DNA of 64,000 nucleotides from NCBI RefSeq assembly GCF_988242995.1, contig NZ_OZ547043.1; one strand, 5' to 3'. Shown piece by piece: positions 32,770 to 44,204 of this stretch (position 1 is its first letter; each line of letters starts with the position of its first letter). The notes under the pieces were generated by a model. It saw only the letters and a program-made list of their open reading frames with translations, ran no database searches and was not told where the DNA came from. The position numbers and the translations under genes were made by a program.

Positions 32770-32884
32770 AACCAGTGTCTGGTTCGCGATGGCGAGGTAG
32801 AAAAAGCATCATCTTCCTTTCAGAGTGCTCCGCTTCTCATTATTATCTCACGCAGTATTCTTAAGGGAACGATAAGGAGGAACC

Positions 32885-33685
32885 ATGAACATTACCCCGT
32901 TTCCGACGCTTTCGCCGGCAACCATAGATGCCATAAATGTTATCGGACAGTGGCTGGCGCAGGATGATTTCTCCGGTGAGGTGCCGTATCAGGCCGATTG
33001 CGTGATCCTTGCAGGCAATGCGGTTATGCCGACTATCGACGCGGCATGTAAGATTGCTCGCGATCAGCAAATTCCTTTACTGATCAGTGGTGGTATCGGT
33101 CACTCGACAACTTTTTTGTATAGCGCCATCGCACAGCATCCGCACTACAACACTATTCGCACCACTGGCAGAGCAGAAGCGACCATCCTGGCGGATATCG
33201 CTCATCAGTTCTGGCATATTCCGCATGAAAAAATCTGGATTGAAGACCAGTCAACAAACTGCGGTGAAAACGCACGCTTTAGCATCGCGCTATTGAATCA
33301 GGCCGTAGAACGAGTTCATACGGCTATCGTTGTTCAGGACCCCACCATGCAGCGGCGCACGATGGCGACGTTCCGCCGTATGACCGGGGACAATCCAGAT
33401 GCACCTCGCTGGTTAAGTTATCCCGGATTCGTTCCTCAGCTAGGAAACAACGCAGACAGTGTAATCTTTGTTAATCCGTTGCAAGGATTATGGCCGGTTG
33501 AGCGTTATCTATCACTACTCACTGGCGAGCTGCCGCGTTTACACGATGATAGCGATGGCTATGGTCCCCGCGGGCGAGATTTTATTGTTCACGTTGATTT
33601 TCCGGCAGAAGTCATCCATGCATGGCAAACGCTGAAACACGATGCGGTGCTCATCGAGGCGATGGAAAGTCGCTCGTTACGTTAA
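32885..33685 (+). CDS. ydcF: DUF218 (YdcF) family protein
   Basis: 266 aa, [29 protein letters not shown]...; strong SD aaggagg upstream. Confidence 0.9.
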   Translation: MNITPFPTLSPATIDAINVIGQWLAQDDFSGEVPYQADCVILAGNAVMPTIDAACKIARDQQIPLLISGGIGHSTTFLYSAIAQHPHYNTIRTTGRAEATILADIAHQFWHIPHEKIWIEDQSTNCGENARFSIALLNQAVERVHTAIVVQDPTMQRRTMATFRRMTGDNPDAPRWLSYPGFVPQLGNNADSVIFVNPLQGLWPVERYLSLLTGELPRLHDDSDGYGPRGRDFIVHVDFPAEVIHAWQTLKHDAVLIEAMESRSLR

Positions 33686-33881
33686 AAATTGCCCGTTTGT
33701 GAACCACTTGTTTGCAAACGGGCATAACTCCTGCCTTTTATTTCTGCCTCTTATTCCTTTTACACTTGTTTTTATGAAGCCCTTCACAGAATTGTCCTTT
33801 CATGATGCCGTCTCTATGATGATTGATGTTAATTAACAATGCATTTACCAAAAACAAACATATAAATCACAGGAGTCGCTC

Positions 33882-35321
33882 ATGTCAGTACCCGTTCAAC
33901 ATCCTATGTATATTGATGGACAGTTTGTTACCTGGCGTGGAGACGCATGGATTGATGTGGTAAACCCTGCTACAGAGGCTGTCATTTCCCGCATTCCCGA
34001 TGGTCAGGCCGAGGATGCCCGTAAGGCAATCGATGCAGCAGAACGTGCACAACCAGAATGGGAAGCGTTGCCTGCTATTGAACGCGCCAGTTGGTTGCGC
34101 AAAATCTCCGCCGGGATCCGCAAACGCGCCAGTGAAATCAGTACGCTGATTGTTGAAGAAGGGGGTAAGATCCAGCAGCTAGCTGAAGTCGAAGTGGCTT
34201 TTACTGCCGACTATATCGATTACATGGCGGAGTGGGCACGGCGTTACGAGGGCGAGATTATTCAAAGCGATCGTCCAGGAGAAAATATTCTTCTGTTTAA
34301 ACGTGCGCTTGGTGTGACTACCGGCATTCTGCCGTGGAACTTCCCGTTCTTCCTCATTGCCCGCAAAATGGCTCCCGCTCTTTTGACCGGTAATACCATC
34401 GTCATTAAACCCAGTGAATTTACGCCAAACAATGCGATTGCATTCGCCAAAATCGTCGATGAAATAGGCCTTCCGCGCGGCGTGTTTAACCTTGTTCTGG
34501 GGCGTGGTGAAACCGTTGGGCAAGAACTGGCGGGTAACCCAAAGGTCGCAATGGTCAGTATGACAGGCAGCGTCTCTGCAGGTGAAAAGATTATGGCGAC
34601 TGCGGCGAAAAACATCACCAAAGTGTGCCTGGAACTGGGGGGTAAAGCACCGGCTATCGTAATGGACGATGCCGATCTTGAACTGGCAGTCAAAGCCATC
34701 GTTGATTCACGCGTCATTAATAGTGGGCAAGTGTGTAACTGTGCAGAACGTGTTTATGTACAGAAAGGCATTTATGATCAGTTTGTCAATCGGCTGGGTG
34801 AAGCGATGCAGGCGGTGCAATTTGGTAACCCCGCTGAACGCAACGACATTGCGATGGGGCCGTTGATTAACGCCGCGGCGCTGGAAAGGGTCGAGCAAAA
34901 AGTGGCGCGCGCAGTAGAAGAAGGGGTGAGAGTGGCGTTGGGTGGCAAAGCGGTAGAGGGGAAAGGATATTATTATCCGCCGACATTGCTGCTGGATGTT
35001 CGCCAGGAAATGTCGATTATGCACGAGGAAACCTTTGGCCCGGTGCTGCCAGTGGTCGCATTTGACACGCTGGAAGAGGCTATCGCAATGGCTAATGACA
35101 GTGATTACGGCCTGACCTCATCAATCTATACCCAAAATCTGAACGTCGCGATGAAAGCCATTAAAGGGCTGAAGTTTGGTGAAACTTACATCAACCGTGA
35201 AAACTTCGAAGCTATGCAAGGATTCCACGCCGGATGGCGTAAATCCGGTATTGGCGGCGCAGATGGCAAACATGGCTTGCATGAATACCTGCAGACCCAG
35301 GTGGTTTATTTACAGTCGTAA
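33882..35321 (+). CDS. aldA: Lactaldehyde dehydrogenase (NAD-dependent aldehyde dehydrogenase A)
   Basis: 479 aa, MSVPVQHPMYIDGQFVTWRGDAWIDVVNPATE... Confidence 0.95.
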   Translation: MSVPVQHPMYIDGQFVTWRGDAWIDVVNPATEAVISRIPDGQAEDARKAIDAAERAQPEWEALPAIERASWLRKISAGIRKRASEISTLIVEEGGKIQQLAEVEVAFTADYIDYMAEWARRYEGEIIQSDRPGENILLFKRALGVTTGILPWNFPFFLIARKMAPALLTGNTIVIKPSEFTPNNAIAFAKIVDEIGLPRGVFNLVLGRGETVGQELAGNPKVAMVSMTGSVSAGEKIMATAAKNITKVCLELGGKAPAIVMDDADLELAVKAIVDSRVINSGQVCNCAERVYVQKGIYDQFVNRLGEAMQAVQFGNPAERNDIAMGPLINAAALERVEQKVARAVEEGVRVALGGKAVEGKGYYYPPTLLLDVRQEMSIMHEETFGPVLPVVAFDTLEEAIAMANDSDYGLTSSIYTQNLNVAMKAIKGLKFGETYINRENFEAMQGFHAGWRKSGIGGADGKHGLHEYLQTQVVYLQS

Positions 35322-35362
35322 TGAGTGAAAGAGGCGGAGGCTTTTCTCTCCGCCTTTGCGCG

Positions 35363-36364
35363 TCAGAGTTTAGCGAATTTTTCGAGGGTGCGAATAAGCT
35401 GCGTGACGAAGCCATATTCGTTATCATACCAGGCGACCGTTTTCACCAGCTGTAAATCGCCCACGGCGGTAATTTCGGTTTGCGTGGCATCAAACACCGA
35501 CCCGAAATGGCTGCCAATGATATCAGAAGAGACTATTTCTTCATCGGTATAACCAAATGACTCGTTATTGTTTGTCGCCTTTTTAAGCGCGTTGTTCACC
35601 TCTTCGGCAGTCACTTTTTTTTCGAGAATAGACACCAGTTCAGTCACCGAACCTGTTTTCACGGGTACGCGTTGCGCATGACCTTTCAGTTTGCCGCTCA
35701 GTTCCGGGATCACCAGACCAATGGCTTTTGCCGCACCTGTAGTGTGGGGAATGATATTTTCTGCCGCTGCACGTGAAGCGCGTAGATCTTTACCTCGCGG
35801 ACCATCCACCAGTGACTGAGTGCCGGTATAGGCATGAATGGTCGTCATCGTGCCGACTTCTATTCCGAAACTGTCGTGCAAGGCTTTGGCCATCGGTGCA
35901 AGACAGTTAGTGGTGCATGACGCCACGGAAACAATGGTGTCGTTGCCATCCAGAGTGTCGTCATTGACGTTATAAACGATAGTTTTCATTTCACCGGCAG
36001 GGGCGGAAATCAACACCTTCTTCGCACCAGCATCAAGATGCGCCTGCGATTTCTCGGCGGAGGTATAAAAGCCAGTACATTCGACAATAATTTCTGCCCC
36101 TTTCGCTTTCCACGGAATATTTTTAGCCTCTTTTTCGGCGTAAACCGCGATACTTTTCCCATCAACGATAAGTGAATCTTCCGTAAAATCAACGCTCCAG
36201 GGGAACGGTCCGTAGTTTGAATCATGTTTCAGCAGGTAGGCGAGAATTTTTGGGGAAGTGAGATCATTAATAGCGACAATGTCTATGTTGCTTTTGACTT
36301 CAAGTAATCGACGCAACACCAGTCGACCGATACGACCAAAACCGTTAATACCAACTTTACTCAT
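35363..36364 (-). CDS. gapC: Glyceraldehyde-3-phosphate dehydrogenase C, intact 333 aa reading frame
   Basis: Full-length GAPDH ([19 protein letters not shown]..., active-site SCTTNC); convergent with aldA and shares a hairpin terminator (about 35330-35360). Confidence 0.9.
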   Translation of the reverse strand: MSKVGINGFGRIGRLVLRRLLEVKSNIDIVAINDLTSPKILAYLLKHDSNYGPFPWSVDFTEDSLIVDGKSIAVYAEKEAKNIPWKAKGAEIIVECTGFYTSAEKSQAHLDAGAKKVLISAPAGEMKTIVYNVNDDTLDGNDTIVSVASCTTNCLAPMAKALHDSFGIEVGTMTTIHAYTGTQSLVDGPRGKDLRASRAAAENIIPHTTGAAKAIGLVIPELSGKLKGHAQRVPVKTGSVTELVSILEKKVTAEEVNNALKKATNNNESFGYTDEEIVSSDIIGSHFGSVFDATQTEITAVGDLQLVKTVAWYDNEYGFVTQLIRTLEKFAKL

Positions 36365-36552
36365 GGTCTTCTCCTGTCAGGAACGTTCGGATGAAAATTG
36401 ATCCTTTCCAGGCTTAGACCAGGATGGCGGGATGGGCAATCTACATTCTTGCCGTGAAACGTAACGTACTGAAAACGGGTGAACAATATTTAATGAAATT
36501 TTAAGAAAAGCCCGTTATGTTAACGGAAAATTATGTTAAAGCAGGAAATGTT

Positions 36553-37083
36553 ATGGGAAATAAATACTCAAGGTTACAAATCAGCATTCACTGGCTGGTC
36601 TTTATGCTGGTTATCGCAGCGTATTGCGCAATGGAGTTTCGGGGTTTCTTCCCACGTAGCGATCGGCCACTCATCAACATGATTCATGTTTCCTGTGGCA
36701 TATCAATTCTCGTGCTGATGGTCGTTCGTCTTTTGTTAAGGCTGAAATACCCAACCCCGCCGATTATACCTAAGCCAAAACCGATGATGACGGGACTGGC
36801 GCATTTGGGCCATTTGGTGATTTATCTCCTGTTTATTGCGCTGCCAGTGATTGGTTTGGTGATGATGTATAACCGGGGCAACCCGTGGTTTGCGTTTGGT
36901 TTGACGATGCCTTATGCATCAGAGGCCAATTTCGAACGGGTTGATAGCTTAAAGTCGTGGCATGAAATGCTGGCGAATCTGGGATATTTTGTCATCGGGT
37001 TGCACGCTGCGGCTGCACTGGCACACCACTATTTCTGGAAGGACAACACACTTCTACGCATGATGCCGCGTAAACGTTCCTGA
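36553..37083 (+). CDS. cybB: Cytochrome b561
   Basis: ORF from 36517; start set at MGNKYSRLQISIHWLVF (176 aa); multiple TM helices. Confidence 0.9.
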   Translation: MGNKYSRLQISIHWLVFMLVIAAYCAMEFRGFFPRSDRPLINMIHVSCGISILVLMVVRLLLRLKYPTPPIIPKPKPMMTGLAHLGHLVIYLLFIALPVIGLVMMYNRGNPWFAFGLTMPYASEANFERVDSLKSWHEMLANLGYFVIGLHAAAALAHHYFWKDNTLLRMMPRKRS

Positions 37084-37092
37084 AGGATATTT

Positions 37093-37157
37093 AAAGAAAA
37101 CGCCTGTACTAAAACCGACCCGTGGTACAGGCGAAGAATACGGGTCTACATCGGAAG
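37093..37157 (-). ncRNA. rydC: RydC small regulatory RNA (Hfq-dependent, pseudoknot-forming)
   Basis: Minus-strand sequence cttccgatgtagacccgtattcttcgcctgtaccacgggtcggttttagtacaggcgttttcttt matches RydC as I recall it, in the expected cybB–ydcA intergenic position. Confidence 0.8.
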
Positions 37158-37327
37158 CGCCTATTATATTTATTTGTATGACAAATAAAACCATAATCCT
37201 TATCCATACGTCCATCTGGCTTATCTTTAATCAATTCACCCGATCTTTGATCTCATCAACGGTATCAAAATAAACCAGCGTATAACGTTCAAATCGAACA
37301 TAAGATTCGATAAACCATGGAGGTTAT

Positions 37328-37501
37328 ATGAAAAAACTGGCACTCATCTTGGTTATAGGAGCGCTTGTTTCCTTTTTTGCCGATGCCGGGCGCAAACCCT
37401 GTTCTGGTTCGAAAGGGGGGATCTCACACTGTACGGCAGGCGGCAAATTTGTCTGTAATGATGGTTCTATTAGTGCATCGAAAAAAACATGCACTAACTG
37501 A
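37328..37501 (+). CDS. ydcA: Small secreted protein YdcA (57 aa)
   Basis: MKKLALILVIGALVSFFADAGRKPCSGSKGGISHCTAGGKFVCNDGSISASKKTCTN; below the ORF-track cutoff, found by manual translation. Confidence 0.8.
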   Translation: MKKLALILVIGALVSFFADAGRKPCSGSKGGISHCTAGGKFVCNDGSISASKKTCTN

Positions 37502-37572
37502 AGTGTAAAAGGGGTGCCATGAGAAAATGAATCTGCTAGTCAGATGCGCGGGGAAAATCCCCGCGCTTGCCC

Positions 37573-37780
<208 letters not shown>

Positions 37781-38054
37781 TCGTTGGCCTCGGTTGATAG
37801 AAATATCGGTCGGGGCCTTCGTCTTTCTGATTCCCGGTTAGCCTGAAAACAGAAAGTCTCAGGCACCCGTGAGCATCCTATGTGGTTTCCTTAGGGACGA
37901 AAATAATCACCTGACGAAATTGCGTGCTGTTTTCCAGAATTTTTCGTCATTCGGGTTAGCCAGTTTAGCCATTCGTTACTCTCTTCATTCCAATAGCATT
38001 AATTTTCTCTGCAATAATTGTTGTAAAAATGTGACGCAAAGAGGTTTTTGGTCA

Positions 38055-38081
38055 TAAGTAATTATCGTCAAGTGCCGATGA
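38055..38081 (+). promoter_or_regulatory. Candidate sigma28 (FliA) promoter of trg
   Basis: taagtaat-N11-gccgatga resembles the sigma28 consensus TAAAGTTT-N11-GCCGATAA, about 40 bp upstream of the trg start; trg is a known flagellar class 3 gene. Confidence 0.55.
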
Positions 38082-38120
38082 CTTTCTATCAGGAGTAAAC
38101 CTGGACGAGAGACAACGGTA

Positions 38121-39761
38121 ATGAATACAACTCCCTCACAGCGATTAGGTTTTTTGCATCACATCAGGCTGGTTCCGTTATTTGCCTGCATTCTTGGCGG
38201 TATCTTAGTTCTATTCGCATTAAGTTCAGCTCTGGCTGGCTATTTCCTCTGGCAGGCCGATCGCGATCAGCGTGATGTTACTGCGGAGATTGAGATTCGG
38301 ACCGGGTTAGCGAACAGTTCAGATTTTTTGCGTTCAGCCCGGATCAATATGATTCAGGCTGGTGCTGCGAGTCGTATTGCTGAAATGGAAGCAATGAAGC
38401 GAAATATTGCGCAAGCCGAATCGGAGATTAAACAGTCGCAGCAAGGTTATCGTGCTTATCAGAATCGGTCGGTGAAAACACCTGCTGATGAAGCCCTCGA
38501 CACTGAATTAAATCAACGCTTCCAGGCTTATATCACGGGTATGCAACCGATGTTGAAATATGCCAAAAATGGCATGTTTGAAGCGATTATCAATCATGAA
38601 AGTGAGCAGATCCGACCGCTGGATAATGCTTATACCGATATTTTGAGCAAAGCCGTTAAGATACGTAGCGCCAGAGCCAACCAACTGGCGGAACTGGCCC
38701 ATCAGCGCACCCGTCTGGGTGGGATGTTCATGATTGGCGCGTTTGTGCTTGCCCTGGTCATGACGCTGATAACATTTATGGTGCTACGTCGGATCGTCAT
38801 TCGTCCACTGCAACATGCCGCACAACGGATTGAAAAAATCGCCAGTGGCGATCTGACGATGAATGATGAACCGGCGGGTCGTAATGAAATCGGTCGCTTA
38901 AGTCGTCATTTACAGCAAATGCAGCATTCACTGGGGATGACAGTAGGGACTGTTCGACAGGGTGCGGAAGAGATTTATCGTGGCACCAGCGAAATTTCAG
39001 CTGGCAATGCGGACCTGTCATCTCGCACCGAAGAACAAGCGGCGGCTATCGAACAAACTGCCGCCAGCATGGAGCAACTTACTGCGACGGTGAAACAGAA
39101 TGCGGATAACGCGCATCATGCCAGCAAACTGGCGCAAGAGGCTTCTATTAAAGCCAGCGATGGCGGGCAGACGGTTTCCGGTGTAGTAAAAACGATGGGC
39201 GCTATCTCCACGAGTTCGAAGAAAATTTCTGAGATCACCGCCGTCATCAACAGTATTGCTTTCCAGACGAATATTCTGGCACTGAATGCTGCCGTTGAAG
39301 CCGCGCGAGCGGGTGAGCAAGGGCGTGGATTTGCCGTTGTCGCCAGCGAAGTACGGACACTCGCAAGCCGCAGCGCTCAGGCGGCGAAAGAGATTGAAGG
39401 CTTGATCAGTGAATCAGTCAGGTTAATTGACCTGGGGTCGGATGAGGTGGCAACGGCAGGGAAAACCATGAGCACTATTGTTGATGCCGTCGCGAGTGTC
39501 ACACATATCATGCAGGAAATCGCCGCCGCCTCGGATGAACAAAGTAGAGGCATAACTCAGGTTAGCCAGGCGATTTCTGAAATGGATAAGGTGACGCAAC
39601 AGAATGCTTCTCTGGTAGAAGAGGCCTCAGCGGCGGCGGTGTCCCTTGAAGAACAGGCGGCACGATTAACTGAGGCGGTGGACGTATTCCGTCTGAACAA
39701 ACATTCTGTGTTGGCAGAACCTCGCGGAGCGGGTGAACAAGTTAGTTTCGCTACGGTGTGA
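38121..39761 (+). CDS. trg: Methyl-accepting chemotaxis protein III (ribose/galactose sensor)
   Basis: 546 aa with two TM segments, HAMP and the conserved MCP signalling domain. Confidence 0.93.
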   Translation: MNTTPSQRLGFLHHIRLVPLFACILGGILVLFALSSALAGYFLWQADRDQRDVTAEIEIRTGLANSSDFLRSARINMIQAGAASRIAEMEAMKRNIAQAESEIKQSQQGYRAYQNRSVKTPADEALDTELNQRFQAYITGMQPMLKYAKNGMFEAIINHESEQIRPLDNAYTDILSKAVKIRSARANQLAELAHQRTRLGGMFMIGAFVLALVMTLITFMVLRRIVIRPLQHAAQRIEKIASGDLTMNDEPAGRNEIGRLSRHLQQMQHSLGMTVGTVRQGAEEIYRGTSEISAGNADLSSRTEEQAAAIEQTAASMEQLTATVKQNADNAHHASKLAQEASIKASDGGQTVSGVVKTMGAISTSSKKISEITAVINSIAFQTNILALNAAVEAARAGEQGRGFAVVASEVRTLASRSAQAAKEIEGLISESVRLIDLGSDEVATAGKTMSTIVDAVASVTHIMQEIAAASDEQSRGITQVSQAISEMDKVTQQNASLVEEASAAAVSLEEQAARLTEAVDVFRLNKHSVLAEPRGAGEQVSFATV

Positions 39762-39799
39762 AAATGTTCAAGGAAGGGATCGACAGATCCCTTCACCTT

Positions 39800-40723
39800 T
39801 CAGAACGGCATTGATTTTCGAATAGCGTTAATCATCAACTGGCAACCAGAAGAGAACGTTGCATCTACGCGGGTCAGTATTCCAATCGGTTCGCCTGCAC
39901 CATGTCCCGGAACAGGCAGGGCCACCAGTGTGGCATGACGCAGGTCGTCTTTTACAGCGCCAGAAGGGACAAACCACACGTAATCGTATTCAACCGTAAG
40001 TTGACGAGATAGCGAAGCAGACAGCGTTTCGATACAACCCGAAGGAATTTTACATCCCTGGCTCTGCACTAATGCATCTGAATGCTGGCGTGGCGCAGTG
40101 CCTTCTGGTGATACAACGACCGGCCATTCCAGCACCCGGCTTAGCGTTACGTTCTCCTGAAGTAGCGGATGATTAGGGCGGACAACCAGCTTCAGCGATT
40201 CAAGAAACAGCAGTTCGTAATTAAGTCCGGTCATCAGTTCAGGATCTGACATCCGACCAATGCCGATATCGATTTCCCCGGTTTTTAAACCCGCAAGAAT
40301 CATAGGGTTACTCATTGTCGCAACTTGCAAGGTCGTCTCTTTTTGTTGCTGATGAAACTGACCTATAACCGAAGGTAATATCCCCAGTGCCGCAGTAGGT
40401 AGTGCACCAACCCTGACGACATCATTATTAAGACCTTCTTTACGATGAAGCGACTGTCCGGCAGTGTTGATGGCGTCAAGAACTCTGACTGCATGCGTTA
40501 AAAATTGTTCGCCGGGTAAGGTAAGTTGCGCCCCCTGACGACCACGCTCAAACAAGCGAGCGCCCGTCAGCTGCTCCAGTTCATTCAATGTCTTAGAGAG
40601 CGCAGGTTGACTCAAATTAAGGGTTTCAGCCGCGCGCCCCAAAGTTCCTTGTTGTGCGACAGCTACGAATGTATGAAGGTGGCGCAGACGGATGCGCTGA
40701 CTAAACAGACTATTTTTTTCCAT
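39800..40723 (-). CDS. ydcI: LysR-family transcriptional regulator
   Basis: ORF 39800-40873; start set at MEKNSLFSQRIRLRHLHTFVAVAQQGTLGRAAETLNLSQPALSKTL (HTH), giving 307 aa. Confidence 0.88.
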   Translation of the reverse strand: MEKNSLFSQRIRLRHLHTFVAVAQQGTLGRAAETLNLSQPALSKTLNELEQLTGARLFERGRQGAQLTLPGEQFLTHAVRVLDAINTAGQSLHRKEGLNNDVVRVGALPTAALGILPSVIGQFHQQQKETTLQVATMSNPMILAGLKTGEIDIGIGRMSDPELMTGLNYELLFLESLKLVVRPNHPLLQENVTLSRVLEWPVVVSPEGTAPRQHSDALVQSQGCKIPSGCIETLSASLSRQLTVEYDYVWFVPSGAVKDDLRHATLVALPVPGHGAGEPIGILTRVDATFSSGCQLMINAIRKSMPF

Positions 40724-40939
40724 AAGCGATGTTAAAAACGAAGCGGTGTCGCTGACAAGTGAAGTTGTTTGATTATGATAACTTGATTGCAAAATATTAT
40801 TAACAATTAAAGCAATTATGTTACAGCAAAATGGATAATATTGATGTTTTCGCGGCGAGATCACAGTTTGCAAATTCTTCCCGCCAGAGTGAATGCGGTT
40901 ACCTACACTCCAGATTACTGACCACTGGAGGCAGACATT

Positions 40940-42283
40940 ATGGCGAACAGCATCACGGCGGATGAGATTCGGGAACAGTTTTCGCAGGCAATGTCAGCCA
41001 TGTACCAGCAAGAAGTTCCGCAGTACGGCACGCTGCTGGAACTGGTAGCTGATGTGAATCTGACTGTGCTGGAAAACAATCCTCAACTGCACGAAAAAAT
41101 GGTAAATGCAGACGAGCTGGCGCGACTGAATGTTGAACGTCATGGGGCAATTCGCGTTGGGACTGCACAAGAGCTTGCTACTCTTCGGCGGATGTTTGCC
41201 ATTATGGGGATGTACCCGGTGAGCTATTACGATCTCTCGCAGGCGGGAGTGCCGGTACATTCCACAGCATTTCGGCCCATTGATGATGCTTCTCTGGCGC
41301 GTAATCCCTTCCGCATTTTTACCTCATTACTCCGCCTAGAGCTTATCGAGAACGAATTTTTGCGCCAGAAAGCGGCGGAGATTCTGCGTCAGCGCGATAT
41401 CTTCACCCCACGTTGTCGACAACTGTTAGAGGAATATGAGCAGCGGGGCGGTTTTAACGAAACACAGGCACAGGAGTTTGTGCAGGAAGCCTTGGAAACG
41501 TTTCGCTGGCACCAGTCAGCAACGGTGGATGAAGTAACCTATCGCGCCTTGCATAACGAACATCGGCTGATTGCTGATGTGGTCTGTTTTCCTGGATGCC
41601 ATATCAACCACCTGACGCCACGCACGCTGGATATTGACCGGGTGCAGTCGATGATGCCTGAATGCGGGATTGAACCCAAAATTCTGATCGAAGGGCCGCC
41701 GCGCCGCGAGGTACCCATTTTACTACGCCAGACCAGCTTTAAAGCACTGGAAGAGACGGTGTTGTTTGCAGGGCAGAAACAGGGCACGCATACCGCGCGC
41801 TTTGGTGAAATAGAGCAGCGTGGTGTGGCATTAACGCCGAAAGGGCGACAACTGTATGATGATCTTCTGCGTAACGCTGGAACCGGGCAGGATAATCTCA
41901 CTCACCAAATGCATTTACAGGAAACCTTCCGCACTTTTCCTGACAGTGAGTTTTTAATGCGTCAGCAAGGGTTGGCATGGTTCCGATACCGTCTGACGCC
42001 TTCAGGTGAGGCGCATCGTCAGGCGATTCATCCCGGAGACGATCCACAGCCCTTAATTGAACGTGGTTGGATAGTGGCGCAACCCATTACCTATGAAGAT
42101 TTCTTGCCTGTTAGCGCGGCGGGGATCTTCCAGTCAAATCTGGGTAATGAAACGCAGGCACGCAGTCACGGTAATGCCAGTCGCGAAGCATTTGAGCAGG
42201 CGTTGGGCTGCCCGGTTTTGGATGAGTTCCAGCTTTATCAGGAAGCGGAAGAACGCAGTAAACGTCGCTGTGGTTTGCTTTAA
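40940..42283 (+). CDS. ydcJ: DUF1338 family protein YdcJ
   Basis: 447 aa, MANSITADEIREQFSQAMSAMYQQEVPQYGTLLEL... Confidence 0.88.
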   Translation: MANSITADEIREQFSQAMSAMYQQEVPQYGTLLELVADVNLTVLENNPQLHEKMVNADELARLNVERHGAIRVGTAQELATLRRMFAIMGMYPVSYYDLSQAGVPVHSTAFRPIDDASLARNPFRIFTSLLRLELIENEFLRQKAAEILRQRDIFTPRCRQLLEEYEQRGGFNETQAQEFVQEALETFRWHQSATVDEVTYRALHNEHRLIADVVCFPGCHINHLTPRTLDIDRVQSMMPECGIEPKILIEGPPRREVPILLRQTSFKALEETVLFAGQKQGTHTARFGEIEQRGVALTPKGRQLYDDLLRNAGTGQDNLTHQMHLQETFRTFPDSEFLMRQQGLAWFRYRLTPSGEAHRQAIHPGDDPQPLIERGWIVAQPITYEDFLPVSAAGIFQSNLGNETQARSHGNASREAFEQALGCPVLDEFQLYQEAEERSKRRCGLL

Positions 42284-42507
42284 ATTCTGACCATCCGCCT
42301 TTGCAAAAATTTGCCTGATTTTACAAACGAATCAGGCTCATCCCATCGACATAAAAAAATTGCCGATTTATGCATATTCTCTCAGTTCAACAATTGGATT
42401 ATTAATAAATATTGTCTAGAGTGAGCGGTCATAAATAAGCACTTTCTTGCCGCTGAAAACGACCAGCGCGGGACCATTCACAACACCAGAAGGACTCACT
42501 TTCAGGT

Positions 42508-44163
42508 ATGGATCGTAGACGATTTATTAAAGGTTCAATGGCTATGGCCGCCGTGTGCGGTACCAGCGGCATTGCTTCTCTTTTTTCTCAGGCGGCATTC
42601 GCGGCAGATTCTGATATTGCCGACGGGCAAACCCAACGTTTTGACTTCTCCATTCTACAGTCAATGGCGCACGACTTAGCGCAAACAGCGTGGCGTGGTG
42701 CGCCGCGTCCGTTACCTGACACTCTGGCGACAATGACGCCGCAGGCTTATAACAGTATTCAATACGACGCCGAAAAATCGCTCTGGCATAACGTTGAGAA
42801 CCGTCAACTGGACGCTCAGTTCTTCCATATGGGAATGGGATTCCGTCGCCGCGTTCGTATGTTTTCTGTTGATCCCGCAACACATCTGGCGCGTGAAATT
42901 CACTTTCGCCCGGAGTTGTTCAAATACAACGATGCGGGTGTTGATACCAAACAATTAGAAGGGCAAAGCGATCTCGGTTTTGCCGGTTTTCGCGTGTTTA
43001 AAGCCCCCGAACTAGCGCGCCGTGATGTAGTATCATTCCTCGGTGCGAGTTATTTCCGCGCCGTTGACGACACATATCAATACGGTCTATCGGCTCGCGG
43101 CCTGGCGATCGACACTTACACCGACAGTAAAGAAGAGTTCCCCGACTTTACCGCCTTCTGGTTTGATACGGTAAAACCGGGGGCAACCACCTTTACCGTT
43201 TATGCGTTGCTCGATAGCGCCAGCATTACTGGTGCCTATAAGTTCACTATCCATTGTGAGAAAAGTCAGGTGATTATGGATGTGGAAAATCACCTGTATG
43301 CGCGCAAAGACATTAAACAGCTGGGCATTGCGCCGATGACCAGCATGTTCAGCTGCGGTACTAATGAACGTCGGATGTGCGACACCATTCATCCGCAAAT
43401 CCATGACTCTGATCGTTTGTCCATGTGGCGGGGCAACGGCGAGTGGATTTGTCGTCCGCTGAATAATCCGCAAAAATTGCAGTTCAATGCTTACACCGAC
43501 AACAACCCGAAAGGGTTTGGTTTATTGCAACTGGATCGTGATTTCTCCCATTATCAGGACATTATGGGCTGGTATAACAAACGCCCAAGTCTGTGGGTGG
43601 AGCCGCGTAACAAGTGGGGTAAGGGCACCATCGGCCTGATGGAAATCCCAACTACGGGTGAAACGCTGGATAACATTGTCTGCTTCTGGCAGCCAGAAAA
43701 AGCTGTAAAAGCGGGTGATGAGTTTGCATTCCAGTATCGTCTGTACTGGAGTGCGCAACCGCCTGTTCATTGCCCATTAGCGCGCGTTATGGCGACGCGT
43801 ACCGGCATGGGCGGTTTCCCGGAAGGTTGGGCGCCAGGTGAACACTATCCCGAAAAATGGGCGCGTCGTTTTGCCGTCGATTTCGTTGGTGGTGATCTGA
43901 AAGCTGCCGCGCCAAAAGGCATTGAGCCGGTGATTACGCTTTCCAGTGGGGAAGCGAAGCAAATCGAAATTCTCTATATTGAACCCATTGATGGTTATCG
44001 TATTCAGTTTGACTGGTATCCGACTTCGGACTCCACTGATCCGGTCGATATGCGGATGTATCTGCGTTGTCAGGGCGACGCTATCAGTGAAACATGGCTG
44101 TATCAGTATTTCCCGCCAGCGCCGGATAAACGTCAGTATGTTGACGACCGCGTGATGAGTTAA
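42508..44163 (+). CDS. opgD: Glucans biosynthesis protein D (periplasmic, Tat signal)
   Basis: 551 aa; twin-arginine signal [32 protein letters not shown]. Confidence 0.93.
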   Translation: MDRRRFIKGSMAMAAVCGTSGIASLFSQAAFAADSDIADGQTQRFDFSILQSMAHDLAQTAWRGAPRPLPDTLATMTPQAYNSIQYDAEKSLWHNVENRQLDAQFFHMGMGFRRRVRMFSVDPATHLAREIHFRPELFKYNDAGVDTKQLEGQSDLGFAGFRVFKAPELARRDVVSFLGASYFRAVDDTYQYGLSARGLAIDTYTDSKEEFPDFTAFWFDTVKPGATTFTVYALLDSASITGAYKFTIHCEKSQVIMDVENHLYARKDIKQLGIAPMTSMFSCGTNERRMCDTIHPQIHDSDRLSMWRGNGEWICRPLNNPQKLQFNAYTDNNPKGFGLLQLDRDFSHYQDIMGWYNKRPSLWVEPRNKWGKGTIGLMEIPTTGETLDNIVCFWQPEKAVKAGDEFAFQYRLYWSAQPPVHCPLARVMATRTGMGGFPEGWAPGEHYPEKWARRFAVDFVGGDLKAAAPKGIEPVITLSSGEAKQIEILYIEPIDGYRIQFDWYPTSDSTDPVDMRMYLRCQGDAISETWLYQYFPPAPDKRQYVDDRVMS

Positions 44164-44204
44164 TCGTTTTTTCTTCGGCACCTTCTTCGGGAGGTGCCGT
44201 CTGG

